From Tubiluchus corallicola (taxonomy: Eukaryota; Animalia; Priapulida), in contig JAQGDQ010000531.1 in NCBI GenBank assembly GCA_030141605.1, forward strand, positions 1-64,000: a DNA stretch of 64,000 bases, read 5' to 3'. The notes below the pieces were generated by a model, which was not told where the DNA came from, did not search any database, and saw only the letters and a program-made list of their open reading frames with translations. Below are positions 63,251 to 64,000 of this stretch, piece by piece. Each line of letters opens with the position of its first letter. The stretch's first letter is position 1. The position numbers and the translations under genes were made by a program.

Positions 63251-64000
63251 ATGGTGAAGCAAAAATCAAGGAAATATTTGACGTCAAGGTGCATAGTGTT
63301 TCTGTTACCTATGTTTTTAACAATATTGCTGGCGAGAACAATGATTTTTTACTATCCAAGTGCAAGACGCAGCTTTTCAAACCAAACTCTGCGGTTGAAT
63401 ATGCATAAAAACGTTGAGTCTGCTGCGTTAATAATTTATACTGTTTCTTATCATGCAAAGCTTATTAAAGAAATAGAAACAATTATGTATTTTAACCGCT
63501 TTAATTTCCATTTACATTTTGGAATCTCGAAACTGCCATCACTCACAAATAATGTAACATTTGCTAAATATTCATTAGTTATATTTGCTAATGCAAATGA
63601 TTACTTTTTCAGCTTGAGCAGACGCGAGCGAGAAAAATTGAATTTTTACTGTCGCGAATTTAATGTTGGCGTAATTTTTTTCCAAAATTCTCAGTATGCT
63701 ATAAATGTGTCGTGGTATCCATTGATAGCAAGACCAAACTTTACAATAAGCGATTATGAATTAAGCATATTTTCTCCAGTGTTTCGCTTAACACGAGCTG
63801 GCCAAATTTACCATGAACTCATTGACGGACTTTGGTCTGCGTTTCAAACTGACCACATTTCATTTGAGCCAATAGCGTTTGCTAGATCGCTAAACGAAAA
63901 TGGTATTAATCAATCGGTGATCACAGTGATTGAGGACAAAGGACTGGTTGACGGTATTAGAAGGATATTCTTCGGACAAGACTTTTCTTTTTGGTTGCAT
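63251..64000 (+). CDS. NDST1: Heparan-sulfate N-deacetylase/N-sulfotransferase (NDST/sulfateless)-like; first 250 codons, runs off the window
   Basis: Stop-free from ATG 63251: MVKQKSRKYLTSRCIVFLLPMFLTILL (tail+TM), KYSLVIF, REKLNFYCREFNVGVIFF, SPVFRLTR, WSAFQTDHISFEPI, TVIEDKGLVDGIRRIFFGQDFSFWLH (cf. NDST [26 protein letters not shown]). Confidence 0.92.
   Translation, partial: MVKQKSRKYLTSRCIVFLLPMFLTILLARTMIFYYPSARRSFSNQTLRLNMHKNVESAALIIYTVSYHAKLIKEIETIMYFNRFNFHLHFGISKLPSLTNNVTFAKYSLVIFANANDYFFSLSRREREKLNFYCREFNVGVIFFQNSQYAINVSWYPLIARPNFTISDYELSIFSPVFRLTRAGQIYHELIDGLWSAFQTDHISFEPIAFARSLNENGINQSVITVIEDKGLVDGIRRIFFGQDFSFWLH

Noticed and set aside
63190-63408. 72-aa tracked ORF
   Set aside because: Out-of-frame shadow of the NDST-like ORF that starts at 63251

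Overview
AT-rich, microsatellite- and transposon-rich eukaryotic DNA with GT-AG introns, most likely an invertebrate animal. The first ~18 kb holds only repeats (hAT and other TIR elements, minisatellites, one near-identical inverted duplication). In 18.4-64 kb every recognisable host gene is a glycan-building enzyme. Three are intact: a 6-exon EXTL3-like gene (-, 751 aa), a divergently oriented 3-exon B4GAT1-like GT49 gene (+, 436 aa), and an NDST-like ORF (+, 63251 to past the window end, absent from the ORF track). Three are decayed: a glycogenin-like pseudogene inside an EXTL3 intron, an alpha-1,3-fucosyltransferase pseudogene and an HS6ST pseudogene. This looks like a clustered set of divergent heparan-sulfate/glycosaminoglycan pathway paralogues, which animals normally keep dispersed. 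BEL/Pao, Gypsy, CR1-like LINE and piggyBac remnants fill introns and spacers. All family assignments come from manual translation and remembered motifs, not database searches.
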